A stretch of DNA of 64,000 nucleotides from Histomonas meleagridis 2922-C6/04-290x. Taxonomy: Eukaryota > Protista > Parabasalia. The DNA is taken from NCBI GenBank assembly GCA_020184695.1, contig JAANOX010000279.1, positions 186,001 to 250,000 of the forward strand, given 5' to 3'. Position 1 is the first letter of the stretch; the number at the start of each line of letters is the position of its first letter. The position numbers and the translations under genes are program-made. Below the pieces are notes generated by a model, which was not told the DNA's origin, made no database searches, and worked only from the letters and a program-made list of their open reading frames with translations. Shown here piece after piece: positions 34,563-45,641 of this stretch.

Positions 34563-35150
34563 TTACGCTCAAAAGAATTGAGGCACTTTAAGGTTGTTGT
34601 TGTAGGTTCATTACATGCAGGAAAATCTTCTATCATCCAAAGGTTTGTAAATGATCAGTTTAATTCGAATACTTGTTCCACTGTTCAAGCAGGATTTTTC
34701 GAAAAAACATTAGATGTTGAGGGAACAAAAATTGCATTGGAAATATGGGATACAGCAGGCCAAGAAAAATTCCATTCATTGGTACCAGTATACTACAGAG
34801 ATGCTTCAGCAGCAATAATTATATATGATGTGACTGATGCAAGTAGTTACACTAAATCAAAACAATGGATTAATGAAATAATAGAAGTTAATGGGCCTAA
34901 TCTTTGTATGATGTTAATGGGTAATAAGTATGATCTTCAGGCAATCCGCGTAGTTCCCCAATCAGATGCAACAGAATACTGTGAATCAATGGGGATATCA
35001 TACATTGAGGGAAGTGCAAAAACTGGTTATAATGTTAATAAGATGTTTTATGAGGTTGCATCACGATTATATCACCAGTCCACGACCATTGATCAAGTAG
35101 ATGTAAGGCTAGAAGGTGAGACCAGAGAAAAAAGCAAGTGTTGTACATAA
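34563..35150 (+). CDS. Rab GTPase (Rab5/Rab21-like) with no in-frame ATG at its N-terminus
   Basis: GSLHAGKSS, WDTAGQE, GNKYD, GSAK and C-terminal CCT. An in-frame TAA at 34560-34562 lies just upstream. Confidence 0.85.
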   Translation, partial: LRSKELRHFKVVVVGSLHAGKSSIIQRFVNDQFNSNTCSTVQAGFFEKTLDVEGTKIALEIWDTAGQEKFHSLVPVYYRDASAAIIIYDVTDASSYTKSKQWINEIIEVNGPNLCMMLMGNKYDLQAIRVVPQSDATEYCESMGISYIEGSAKTGYNVNKMFYEVASRLYHQSTTIDQVDVRLEGETREKSKCCT

Positions 35151-35426
35151 CAATGTTTGCGGATAAGGTGATGGAAAATTCCAACACAAATAGAATCATT
35201 CAAATGACAGAATTCCTTAAGGAGAGTTATAATAAAGTACAATCGTTATACTTATATGTTTTTAAGTTAAACAAAGTTTCAACAAATTTTTATTTCTTTT
35301 ATCATCTGTATCGTATAATTCAAAAACCGAAATAAAATTCTGAATTCCACTTTTTCATTATAAATATATGATGTTGCTTCTGAATTAAAACAATTCTCAA
35401 AATTCATATCAAATAAGTTTTATTCA

Positions 35427-38096
35427 TTATGTATCAAACAAGTATTGCCATTGTGATCCCCTAAACTGTGTTTTTAACTCATTTCTATTATCCATAATTT
35501 TCCAAGCCTGATCTAATTCACCACCAATTAACATCAAAGCCACAGAATAAGTTAACCAATTTCCATTATAAGTTTCTACCGCAATAATTTTACAATCGTT
35601 TTTTGATATTTTCCCACTGTTATATAGTGGTGCCAAATTATCCAAAATTTTAATCAAACTCAAATTTTTATCAATTTCCTCATATTTCACCAACACTTCG
35701 CTCAACTTCAATTGTGCAATATTTGCGAATTCGAAAGCAACATTTGGCAAAAACAATATCATTAAATTTAACAAACATTTTTCAATTACTTCAAATAATT
35801 TTTTTCTAATTTCCACATAAAACTTCTCATTTAATAACATTCCATCACAATCGATTAAACCATTTTCATTTCTCATTATATTATTCGTTAACAAAGGATC
35901 CATAAACCTCATTAATGACTCAACGAAATCCAAATCGTTATACATTTTCTCCAAAATAAATAACGAAGCTGGAAATGCGATTTCAGGTCCTTCTTCTTCC
36001 ATTATAACTGGTAATAAAATCGATGCATTTGAAATTTCATTTTTTGTTGTTTCTTTACGTTGATTAAACTCAATGATATCTTTGCTTAAGTTCATTGATA
36101 ATTTTGCTATGTCCATAAATATATTCGATGGTAATCCAAGAAGTTCAAATACTTTTTGTCGCTCTTTAGATTCAACTGCTCGTAATGTGGAACATAAAAT
36201 TTGATTCATCTCCTTTGGAAAATGATATAAAAAGATTAAACATTCTTCGCCCATGTTTTTCCGTAATGAAAAAATACAGATTTGACGTAAAAGATTTTGG
36301 AAAATTGGAGAGTTTTGCATCGACTTTAAAATATTCGCTGCTTTATGCGGCGTTTTCATTTCTTCAACAATAGATAAATCAAAAAATTGATTAACTTTTG
36401 GAATAAATGGTGGTAATGAATTCGATTTTAATGACATTAATGATGAACAATTTGGAAATGCTCCTAATATAGTTTCATTCGTTTCAATAAACAATGAAAA
36501 TTTAATGTTTGAAAGTGATGAGATATAAACCTTAAGTCCTGTTATTATAAATAATAACCCGAAATTATGGTCAATTAAAAAATTCGAGACATTGGAATAA
36601 ACGGTCGCTGCGGTTTTGTTCGTTATGTTGTAAACCATTAAATCTCTGTTTGAAAGCAAAACAATCACTTGGTTACTTAGGGAATGAACATCGACTAAAA
36701 AAGGTTTAATTTTTAAAGGAAATGTTGTAGGTGTTTTAGATAATATCGAGAATATTTGAATTTGGTTTTCAAATGCTAAAACACAACTAATTAAATCACT
36801 TTTAATGAGGATTGGTTTTGAAGGGATGTTGAATTTTTGAATTGGTTGAAAATTCAGAACGTTATAAAAAATTAACTCAAATTTTCTTAAAGATATTTCA
36901 TTTACAACGCAAAGAATTGTGTCGATCCAAGACAATCCGCAAATGTTTAAATCTTTAGGTTGTTTTGGGCATAACCATTTACCACTCGTTCTACTAATTA
37001 AAACTATGTTTTTATTTCCGGATATAGCAAAAAATCGGTTTTTCTCATCACTCGAAATATATTTAATTTGTTGAATTTTGTTTTTGTAATATGTTGATAA
37101 ATGATAATATATTGGAACAGCCGAATTTTCAGTTGCTCTAAATTCGATAATTGTATCAATGTTATATAAAATAGGAGAAGAACAATGTAATATGTTATAA
37201 ATTGGAACTTTACATATTCCTTTGTTAATTGATAATATTAAATAATTGTTTTTGATTATTGTAATAGAATTTGTTGAATAAAATTCATCTGTCTTAAAAT
37301 ATCGTGATGATTGGGTAATATATGTCCACATATAACATGTACCATCATTAAAAATAATATATAAAGTTTGTCCATCATCACTCCAATCAATTGAAAAAAA
37401 TGAATTTTTATTATTTGTTTTAATAGTCCATGTTTGAGTTAAATCCGTAATAAAAATAATTCCTTCTCGACATAATATTGCTATGTGTGAATCAGTTTTA
37501 CTAATGGTTATTGACATTGCATAATTTGTTTCGATTTGTTGAAGATTAAATTGAAATTCTTTACGTAAGTCAAAAAGTGACAGATGAACATCAAATTTAT
37601 AACATTTACCATCTAATGATAAAAGAACACAATGACTTTGGTTTACACAAATTCTTTTGATCGGAAAATCAATCAAATGATATTTCTTAAATTGAAATTT
37701 TGGATTATATATAAGAATATCTCCATCTTCAGTTCCACATATTAAGTTTGAATTCCAAATAGATATGGTGGTTACTAAAGTGCCTTTGGGAGGATGGATT
37801 ATTCTTTTGAGAATGATTTTTGTAGATAAAACAAAATTGTAAATAAATCCAAAATTAGTTAGAATGAAAAAAGTAGAATCAGAACTCCAAGTGGATTGTG
37901 TAAATATTCCATTTAATTCATTTGGGAGTTCGTATTGTGTAATTAATGGATTTGGAAGATCAATTGAATTCCAGATTCCAAAAGATGTGGGGGACAAAGT
38001 TAAATAAAACTTACCTGAACTACTGCGTGAAATTTCTGTTGTGAACTGTTTGTTAATATGTGGATATATTGCACTTGGATGATCGAGAAATATCAT
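35427..38096 (-). CDS. RIC1: RIC1-like (Ric1-Rgp1 Rab6 GEF subunit) beta-propeller protein
   Basis: Long beta-rich N-terminus; C-terminal STLRAVESKERQKVFELLG, ASILLPVI and SLMRFM resemble the RIC1 domain. Confidence 0.6.
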   Translation of the reverse strand: MIFLDHPSAIYPHINKQFTTEISRSSSGKFYLTLSPTSFGIWNSIDLPNPLITQYELPNELNGIFTQSTWSSDSTFFILTNFGFIYNFVLSTKIILKRIIHPPKGTLVTTISIWNSNLICGTEDGDILIYNPKFQFKKYHLIDFPIKRICVNQSHCVLLSLDGKCYKFDVHLSLFDLRKEFQFNLQQIETNYAMSITISKTDSHIAILCREGIIFITDLTQTWTIKTNNKNSFFSIDWSDDGQTLYIIFNDGTCYMWTYITQSSRYFKTDEFYSTNSITIIKNNYLILSINKGICKVPIYNILHCSSPILYNIDTIIEFRATENSAVPIYYHLSTYYKNKIQQIKYISSDEKNRFFAISGNKNIVLISRTSGKWLCPKQPKDLNICGLSWIDTILCVVNEISLRKFELIFYNVLNFQPIQKFNIPSKPILIKSDLISCVLAFENQIQIFSILSKTPTTFPLKIKPFLVDVHSLSNQVIVLLSNRDLMVYNITNKTAATVYSNVSNFLIDHNFGLLFIITGLKVYISSLSNIKFSLFIETNETILGAFPNCSSLMSLKSNSLPPFIPKVNQFFDLSIVEEMKTPHKAANILKSMQNSPIFQNLLRQICIFSLRKNMGEECLIFLYHFPKEMNQILCSTLRAVESKERQKVFELLGLPSNIFMDIAKLSMNLSKDIIEFNQRKETTKNEISNASILLPVIMEEEGPEIAFPASLFILEKMYNDLDFVESLMRFMDPLLTNNIMRNENGLIDCDGMLLNEKFYVEIRKKLFEVIEKCLLNLMILFLPNVAFEFANIAQLKLSEVLVKYEEIDKNLSLIKILDNLAPLYNSGKISKNDCKIIAVETYNGNWLTYSVALMLIGGELDQAWKIMDNRNELKTQFRGSQWQYLFDT

Positions 38097-38148
38097 CCAG
38101 AATAATTGGAATACGTTTAACGATACATAAATAAACGTTCTTTATGAG

Positions 38149-38946
38149 ATGCTTCATGGAAAAACTGCTCTAATAATTGGAGCTACTTCTGATATAGGAG
38201 AATCAATTGCTCAAAGTTTTGCACGAAATGGCGTGTCGCAATTAATATTACATGGAAGAAATGAAATTCATCTCCAAAAAATCTCGACATGTTGTAAAGA
38301 ATTTGGAGCTAAAGTAAATTTTATACAGGGTGATTTATCAAACTCAAGTAATACTAAATTATGCTGTGATAAAATATGCCAATTACTTAACTTTCCGTTG
38401 GATGTATTTGTTTATTGTCCAGGAATATGTGGTGATATGGATCCAGTTGCATTTCTCCAAATGAAAAATGATTTTCTTACTGTTTTTCAAATCAACTTTA
38501 CTTCATGTGTTAAAATATTTGAATCAATCATAAATCACATGTCGGACAAATCATCTGCAATTTTTATTTCATCCACAAATTCCTTCGAACCCATGGAATG
38601 TGGCTCTGCATATTGTTCATCTAAAGCAGCAATGACACAATACATGAAAAACAAAGCTAAAGAATTATTACCAAAATATATCCGTGTGAATTCTATTGCT
38701 CCGGGGATGATAAAAACGAAACTTCATGATCAATATTTCGAAAGCAAAGAAGAATTGGACGAATTTTTCGATGAAATTTCGAACGATACACCGTTAAAAA
38801 GAATTACGTCAATTGACGGAGTTGTAAATTCTGTTTTGTTTTTTGCATCGGATTTGTCGAGTGATATAAATGGTACTGAGTTAGTTATTGATTGTGGTGC
38901 ATCATTATATCATGACGTAACAAAAAATATAGAAGTTGAAGAATAA
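38149..38946 (+). CDS. Short-chain dehydrogenase/reductase
   Basis: GATSDIG glycine motif, catalytic YCSSK, RVNSIAPG, INGTELVIDCG. Confidence 0.92.
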   Translation: MLHGKTALIIGATSDIGESIAQSFARNGVSQLILHGRNEIHLQKISTCCKEFGAKVNFIQGDLSNSSNTKLCCDKICQLLNFPLDVFVYCPGICGDMDPVAFLQMKNDFLTVFQINFTSCVKIFESIINHMSDKSSAIFISSTNSFEPMECGSAYCSSKAAMTQYMKNKAKELLPKYIRVNSIAPGMIKTKLHDQYFESKEELDEFFDEISNDTPLKRITSIDGVVNSVLFFASDLSSDINGTELVIDCGASLYHDVTKNIEVEE

Positions 38947-39703
38947 ATTTTTGATTAAATTTTGTTTAAAACTTTTTTCTGTGAAAATTAAAAATGAGCG
39001 ATTTTCGTTGCCTAAATATAAGAATATGGTTATGGAGCTACATAAAACTTTATTTTTATATTAATATTTATGACCTCTTCAAAAATGTGTTTTACAATGT
39101 ACATTTGTTACACATGTACCTTCGAAATGTGTTACAAGATAAAATAACTTTACAAAATCATATTTTTCAGGTACCTTAAAAAAAGCAAATATTGGATAAA
39201 TACAGAATAAACTAAAATAAAATGCTTGTATATGTACAACATATAACAAAGGGAATAATGTTTTTCTATTAATATAAAATTAAGTTTTATGTAGTATATA
39301 CAAGAATGTGCTTCGCTTTGCTCAGCAAACAATAAGAAATTTTTAAAATAAACTCATTGAGATATAAAATTATAACAAAGATAAGAGGATAAAAGAAAAA
39401 TATTGGGAGTGAGAAAATTAGTGAGTGTGTTAATTTCATAGAAACGCATGATCGTATATAGTTTGAAATACATTGATCAACATATAGATGACGTTTTAAT
39501 AGTAAATAAAATAAATTTGAGGTAAAAAAATGAGTGAAAAAATTAGAATTTTCGAATATAAAAACAAAAAGATCAAAAACGTGAGGTGAGCGGGTCGTGA
39601 TTAGATCCTTTCCCAAATGGGCATCGGCTAGCCGATTTTGGATCCAAAATTTCCTGCCAATATATTCAAAAAGTGGAGAGGAAACTTTGTTACATTTGGC
39701 CAA

Positions 39704-40645
39704 ATGGCTCGAATTTTTTTGGATTTGGTTGATTTTAGTTACATAGTACTCACAATTTTTGCATCAGCTGCAATTCTTTATGGATGCACTTCTTCATCAA
39801 ATTTATTGTTTCGAAATGGATTAAGGCCATCATTTCTCAGAGTAACACCAGATTCAGAAACAGAAGTTACCCCCAAAAGCATTGGGTTCATGGTTACCTT
39901 TAGCTCAATTTTACTTTTATTAATATTTTTTTTTGCCAAAAATTTAATTTTCATTTTAAAATGTCTTGCGTTAGCTACAATATTTGTTAGTACTGCTTTT
40001 GTTCTTTGGGATTGGTTCCGTTTTTTACTTCCAATCAAACTCTCCACACTCATCAATTATATTGTTTCTGGATTAATCACCCTAATTTGGTTTAAAACGA
40101 ATCATTTTCTTGTTACAGATCTCATTGTTTTTTGTATTTCAGTTGTTGGAATTACATTTATAAAAATCAACAGATTACAATTTGTCCTTTTACTTGCCAT
40201 TGTATTTCTTATATACGACGTTTGGTGGGTTTTTATATCTCCTGTTGCATTTGGCAAGAGTGTTATGGCCGAAGCTGCAATGTCAACAATGTCATCTCTT
40301 CCAACAGCATTTTCCATTCCTAAAAAAGAAGGCAGCGCCTTAATTGGCACTGGTGACATTGTTATTCCCGGAGTTGTTCTTAATTTCTTCCTTAATTGTG
40401 ATAATCGTTATAATTCTAATCTTTTCACAACTTCATTTCTTTCATATATTTTTGGAGTTTGTTTAACATTAATAATGGTTCATGTTATGGGGAAAGGTCA
40501 ACCCGCATTGTTATGGATATTTCCATCTGTTTTAATCATAACACTCATTAAAGCACACTTTGATGGAGTTCTTGGAATGATTTGGAAAAATGGCGCAAAT
40601 CCTTTAAAGCAAAAACAAGATGAAAATGAAGAAGTCCAAAAATGA
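39704..40645 (+). CDS. Signal peptide peptidase (GxGD aspartyl intramembrane protease)
   Basis: YDVWWVF, IGTGDIVIPG, GQPALLWI. First ATG at 39704. Confidence 0.9.
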   Translation: MARIFLDLVDFSYIVLTIFASAAILYGCTSSSNLLFRNGLRPSFLRVTPDSETEVTPKSIGFMVTFSSILLLLIFFFAKNLIFILKCLALATIFVSTAFVLWDWFRFLLPIKLSTLINYIVSGLITLIWFKTNHFLVTDLIVFCISVVGITFIKINRLQFVLLLAIVFLIYDVWWVFISPVAFGKSVMAEAAMSTMSSLPTAFSIPKKEGSALIGTGDIVIPGVVLNFFLNCDNRYNSNLFTTSFLSYIFGVCLTLIMVHVMGKGQPALLWIFPSVLIITLIKAHFDGVLGMIWKNGANPLKQKQDENEEVQK

Positions 40646-41154
40646 TATTGGCTGATCATGTTTATTAATAATAAATATTTTATTTGATGTTCAATCTGTT
40701 TTGAACCAAAGTAAATTAATTAACCATTGAGGAGGTTTATATGAAATTATGAGGTTTTATGATTTATTTCTTTTGCTTGAAACCAATTTCTCAATTTTCT
40801 TTTGAAAATAAATTGATTCAAAATCAAAACGAAAAATTGGGTTTAGCGTGTTTTCAAAATTAAAATTATAAAAAAGGAAGCCATCCGATTCTAAATGCTT
40901 TCGGTTTTTCGATTGGCAATGGAATTTCAATTCAAAACCAAACAGGGATAAAACCCTAGAATTTTTCAATTATCTCAAATTTGTGTGAAGGAAAATGATT
41001 GAATTGAAAATTGCAAATAAAATTTTTCGGTTAATAGAATTTTTGAATTAGTTTGAATGTTTTATAAGCATTTTAAAAGTAGAATTCAAATTTTCTGATA
41101 AATTGAGCTCACACAAAATTTGTCTTGTTTCAAAAAATAAATTCACAAAAAAGA

Positions 41155-41706
41155 ATGTATCGCCAACCAATGCATTACCCACCTCTTTATATTGGAGGTC
41201 AACACCAATATCAAATGCAAACAACAACGCCAAGAAAGCAAGTTACAAATCAATTTTGTGATCCAATGGTTATGTACAATCCAATCCAATATCCAATGAA
41301 CCCAGCTGTACAACAAATGCCATCATCCTCTATGTATGGTCATAATGTTTATCCAAAGAAGACTTTTCAAGAAGCTCCACCTCCACATCAAAATATTTAT
41401 TCTGGTTTTCAAAGAATGCAATACCCAAATTTTCAAATGTATCAAATGCAACAGAAAATTACTAAAGAATCTTCATTTCCACAACCACCAAAAATCAAGG
41501 AAAAACAAATTTCAAAGAATAATATCCCTTTTCCGAATACAATCATCCAAGGAATTCCAAACTTCATATTTCCTATAAGTAGTCCACATTTTGATCTTGA
41601 TCTTTCAGAGCCACCTGGCTTTTTTAATATAATTGGGAGAGGAAACTTACCTTCTTTAAGTTTTGATTCTGGAATAGTTTGCCCAACACAAGAAGTTGCT
41701 AAATGA
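41155..41706 (+). CDS. Hypothetical Q/P/M-rich protein
   Basis: Low-complexity N-terminus followed by PPGFFNIIGRG; first ATG at 41155. Confidence 0.65.
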   Translation: MYRQPMHYPPLYIGGQHQYQMQTTTPRKQVTNQFCDPMVMYNPIQYPMNPAVQQMPSSSMYGHNVYPKKTFQEAPPPHQNIYSGFQRMQYPNFQMYQMQQKITKESSFPQPPKIKEKQISKNNIPFPNTIIQGIPNFIFPISSPHFDLDLSEPPGFFNIIGRGNLPSLSFDSGIVCPTQEVAK

Positions 41707-41944
41707 AATAGAATTTTATTGTTTTTATTAAAGCAATTTCTTTTTTAATTTTGAATTTAATAAAAATTTTGATTCACGAAATGATTATAAAAAATTAAAG
41801 ATAATGTAACAATGTAACAAATGTTATTAGCACTGAAAATGAATTTTAACAGCGCATCCCCTCATTTTCGAAATGATGATTATTTTGGGGTACCCGAACG
41901 AGGGATGATAGCACGATCGAAAAAAAATTCGAAAAAAACTATTT

Positions 41945-42496
41945 TTATGCAAAATATGTTTTTGGGGTGAAGTCGTTTCCGCCTAAGTTGTCAAAGACAG
42001 TGTCGTATGCCATTTGGCGTTTATAAGAACCGACAACTAAATCGCTTTGATTTGCAAACATCAAATCAAAATCTGCATCTTCACCAACAGATACGTTGGG
42101 TATTTCTTCTGTATCTCTATTGTATTGTTTTCTTTCGCTAGGTTGATTATTATTAACCTTAGCTAATAATGGAATTATATGAGGTGGGATAGCTTTAGTA
42201 ACTGGTCTCCCAGGCGTTTGTTTGCATTTTCCGATATAAAAAACGCCTTTTCCAAAGAAAATCCGAAAATGAGAATTACATCTGTTACAATGGAGTTCAT
42301 AACAAGTTTGGCTAATCACTCCAGTTGAGATTGACAATGCGTCATTAATATTAATTGATTTATTATGTATAATCTGAAGGGATTTACAAGATGAAACCCT
42401 TGGGCGTTCTGTTGGAGGAACGTTTGGAAATGATTTTGGTGGGAGGGCTTGGCCATGAGTCACTATGTTACCACACTTGCAAGAAAGGGATTTCAT
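41945..42496 (-). CDS. Hypothetical protein with putative zinc-binding cysteines
   Basis: CKCG near the N-terminus and CNRC at about residue 70. Confidence 0.7.
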   Translation of the reverse strand: MKSLSCKCGNIVTHGQALPPKSFPNVPPTERPRVSSCKSLQIIHNKSININDALSISTGVISQTCYELHCNRCNSHFRIFFGKGVFYIGKCKQTPGRPVTKAIPPHIIPLLAKVNNNQPSERKQYNRDTEEIPNVSVGEDADFDLMFANQSDLVVGSYKRQMAYDTVFDNLGGNDFTPKTYFA

Positions 42497-43490
42497 CCAA
42501 ATGAATGGATTTTATTTGAATGTGAGCTGATTGTCATTTCGGTTTTATTTAATTTTTTATGTCAGAAAAAATTCTGAAGTTTTAAAATTTCTTGTTGTAG
42601 CGGCTCTGATTCCTTTCTTCAAGTAGAAACTCATATTTGAAAGTAACAAAGGAATTTACTAAAATTTATATATATATAATTTTTTATTAGAAAATGGTTT
42701 ACTAAGGAGGAAAATAGGTTTCATTGAAGATAATTTATTTTAAAAGTCGATAACGAATTCAAGCGGAGGATGACTTCCGAATAAATTTCTTAAAAACTTA
42801 TTTTATTTATCTTTTTTCGTTAGGTTTGAAAATGATTAAAAGATAAATTTTTATTTTTTGATTGATTTTTTCAAGGAGATTATTGATTTATGAGAAAACT
42901 AACTTGTGATAGCAGAGTCCCAAGTACATACATAACCATATAACAATTTTTTATCAATTTTATAATTTAATTTTTGACAATTTTAGTAAAAATGATAATA
43001 TGCAAGCTGGGGTTGATTATAAAATAAGCACGGCAACATAATGAAATAATATTTTGATATATATAAAAGATTAAGTCTTTTATCTGATTTTTGATATTCT
43101 TTTGAAGTGAAAATCATGTGGCCATTGAAGGGTTGCTAGAATTTATCAAATAATTATATTTTTTAATGAACATATTTGATATATTGGTAGACATCTTCAT
43201 AATTTTGAATTTTTCTTAGAGGAAATTATCAACATCTTGATTGGCACTTGTTATTTGGTGATTATTTGTGTATTTCTCTTAACTGTAATGAATTTTCCAT
43301 TTGATGAAAATGAAGATTTTAATTCTGAAGGAAAGATTTTTGTCTGTCGGTTAAAATGAATGGTTTATAATTTTTTGGTGCCTGAATTCAGGTGTTGTAA
43401 CCATTATTATGCACACAATTTTCAATGCATATAAAAGTGAAAAATCTTGCCGGATCGAGTTTTTAATTCATGTAACCAATTTGGTTTGGA

Positions 43491-44213
43491 ATGGAAGAAA
43501 ATGAAAACATAGAAAAAGAAAAAATCGAAAAACCACAAGACACCAAACCAAAGGTGGTTGCAGCGCACTCATTTCCTTCTATTACCCAAACAACGAAAGA
43601 ATACAATAACGAGTGTTCAAAAATTAAAGATATATTGCATATATTCGAAGCTTCAAAAGATAAGGTATATGAAATATCAGATTTGTGTAATTCATATTTA
43701 ATTACAAGAAGAGTTTTGTACGATTTTATTACAATTATGACAGCGATCAAAGTAACAGAAAAGGTATCAAACGAAAACTTCATTTGGAAAGGGATTAAGT
43801 TTTACCCGGTATTCATTAAAAGTATCAAAGATGAAATATCATCTTTTTCAAATTGTGATTTCACTATATTTAATTGTAGTGATAACGACAAACTTAAAGA
43901 TGTAACAGTTAAGCTTTTGAAGTTGTTTTTCTATTTGGGGGCAGAAGCATTAGATATCAGAAGGGCCTCGATTTTATTTATTGATGGAACTGTTAAGAGA
44001 AAGACAATGCTAAGAAAGTTATACACTATTTCGAACTCGCTGGAAGTAATAGGTCTTATTGAAAAGACAGATCAACCAGCATTTATCAAAATTAACATAT
44101 CTCCAATTCCTTTATCAGGAATAGAGCTACTCCTCAATCATCCGATAAAAATGCGGGAAGAAGAGATCTTTGTTCGTAGAAGAGAAAAATTTAATGAAAT
44201 TACAGAAAATTGA
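43491..44213 (+). CDS. E2F/DP-family winged-helix protein with two DNA-binding domains
   Basis: RRVLYDFITIM and LRKLYTISNSLEVIGLIEK resemble the RRxYDxxNVL signature, present twice. Confidence 0.7.
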   Translation: MEENENIEKEKIEKPQDTKPKVVAAHSFPSITQTTKEYNNECSKIKDILHIFEASKDKVYEISDLCNSYLITRRVLYDFITIMTAIKVTEKVSNENFIWKGIKFYPVFIKSIKDEISSFSNCDFTIFNCSDNDKLKDVTVKLLKLFFYLGAEALDIRRASILFIDGTVKRKTMLRKLYTISNSLEVIGLIEKTDQPAFIKINISPIPLSGIELLLNHPIKMREEEIFVRRREKFNEITEN

Positions 44214-44490
44214 GTTTAATCCGATCTTATTTTGTCCGCATAATAATTCGAAAACTAAAAATATCAAAGTTTTAGAGTTAATAAATTGTTCATATCGGAA
44301 TTCTTTTTTGGTGTTTAACATCTTGCAATAGCCATTAATAAACGGTCGTCCTGCACAAAAATCTTCAAATAAAGTAATGAAAATTTCTCTCAAAAAGTTT
44401 TTGTATTATAAGGATTTGCCAAAATCTTTTTGTCATTAATTTTTGTGAGTAAATAATTATGTCGAGATTAGAGGTTTTGACATGGTTTGT

Positions 44491-44495
44491 CCTTT
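44491..44495 (+). promoter_or_regulatory. M5-like (CCTTT) initiator element
   Basis: CCTTT ends 6 nt before the RPS18 ATG. M5 is reported upstream of ribosomal protein genes in T. vaginalis. Confidence 0.55.
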
Positions 44496-44501
44496 TGTTG
44501 G

Positions 44502-44966
44502 ATGCCTCTCGAAGTTACTGATCCTTCAGCGTTTCGTGATATGGTTCGTATGTTATCAACTAACGTCGATGGACGTAAACCACTTTACTTAGCACTTACA
44601 GCTATCGCTGGTCTTGGTCGCAGATTTGCTCATGCTGTTGCTCGTCGTGCTGGACTTGATCCACTTAAGCGTGCCGGTACACTTACATCACAAGAAGAAG
44701 AACGTATTGTTGCTATTATCCAAAACCCTGTTGAAAATGGAATCCCAGTTTGGATGCTCAATCGTAGGAATGATCGCGCATCAGGAAAGAACCTCCAATG
44801 GGCTTCAACTGATCTTTCATCTAATCATCGTAATGAAATTGAGCGTATGAAGAAGATGAGAATGAAGCGTGGTATTCGCCATAGCCTCGGTCTTAAAGTC
44901 CGTGGTCAATGCACTAAATCTACTGGCCGTCGTGGTGTTGCAGTTGGTGTCGAACGTAAGAAATAA
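44502..44966 (+). CDS. RPS18: 40S ribosomal protein S18 (uS13)
   Basis: TNVDGRK, GLGRRFA, GIPVWMLNRR, RGIRHSLGLKVRGQCTKSTGRRG. Confidence 0.97.
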   Translation: MPLEVTDPSAFRDMVRMLSTNVDGRKPLYLALTAIAGLGRRFAHAVARRAGLDPLKRAGTLTSQEEERIVAIIQNPVENGIPVWMLNRRNDRASGKNLQWASTDLSSNHRNEIERMKKMRMKRGIRHSLGLKVRGQCTKSTGRRGVAVGVERKK

Positions 44967-45029
44967 ATTTATTTCACATTATTAATTATTTTCTCTTTTA
45001 TAAGTTTTTAACTTATAGAGAATCATTCT

Positions 45030-45420
45030 TTCATTAATTGATCATGAACTTCAAAATCATCCAGTGAAAGTTTTGAAATATCATCAATTTATATCATATA
45101 AAATAATAATTATTGAGATAACAATAAGAATGCACATTGTATTGGGATCCCGAAATTGTTCGTGATGAATAATATTCTTATCCAGTGACATTTAGGCCGC
45201 CGGAATTGTTATGTACATATTAACATGCTTTGTTCCATTTAATCCAAAACGAAATGCTTCTACAAATCCTCAATGGAACTAACAGTTGAATTTCAAATTT
45301 CTGAACAAGCGAAAGATTTAATATTGCAAATGATGAACATTAATCCAAAACAAAGGATAACAGCATGTGGAGCTCTCGAGCATAAATGGTTCAAGAACAT
45401 GAAACTTTTCCAGTATTGCA
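45030..45420 (+). pseudogene. Decayed CAMK-type protein kinase fragment
   Basis: LYWDPEIV, DI*AAGIVMY and ISEQAKDLILQMMNINPKQRITACGALEHKWF in broken frames. Confidence 0.75.
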
Positions 45421-45641
45421 CTTATTATTGATTTTAATGAGGATATAATTTTGGATTTGGAATGTCTTTTACAAAATAGATACTAAAAATTTAGTTAAGT
45501 GTTAAAGTTTTCTTCATTATTCACAATTTAAATATTAAAATTTAGGATTTGAATTTTTGTTCGTACTTTTTTTGAAGCAATTTGTTGACAATAAAATATA
45601 TATATTATTTTATTAGTACTTCATGAATGAATGTTACAATT

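Noticed and set aside
34521-34575. GT-AG intron joining the upstream ORF to the Rab gene
   Set aside because: Splicing GTAAGG...CAAAAG creates TGA at the junction.
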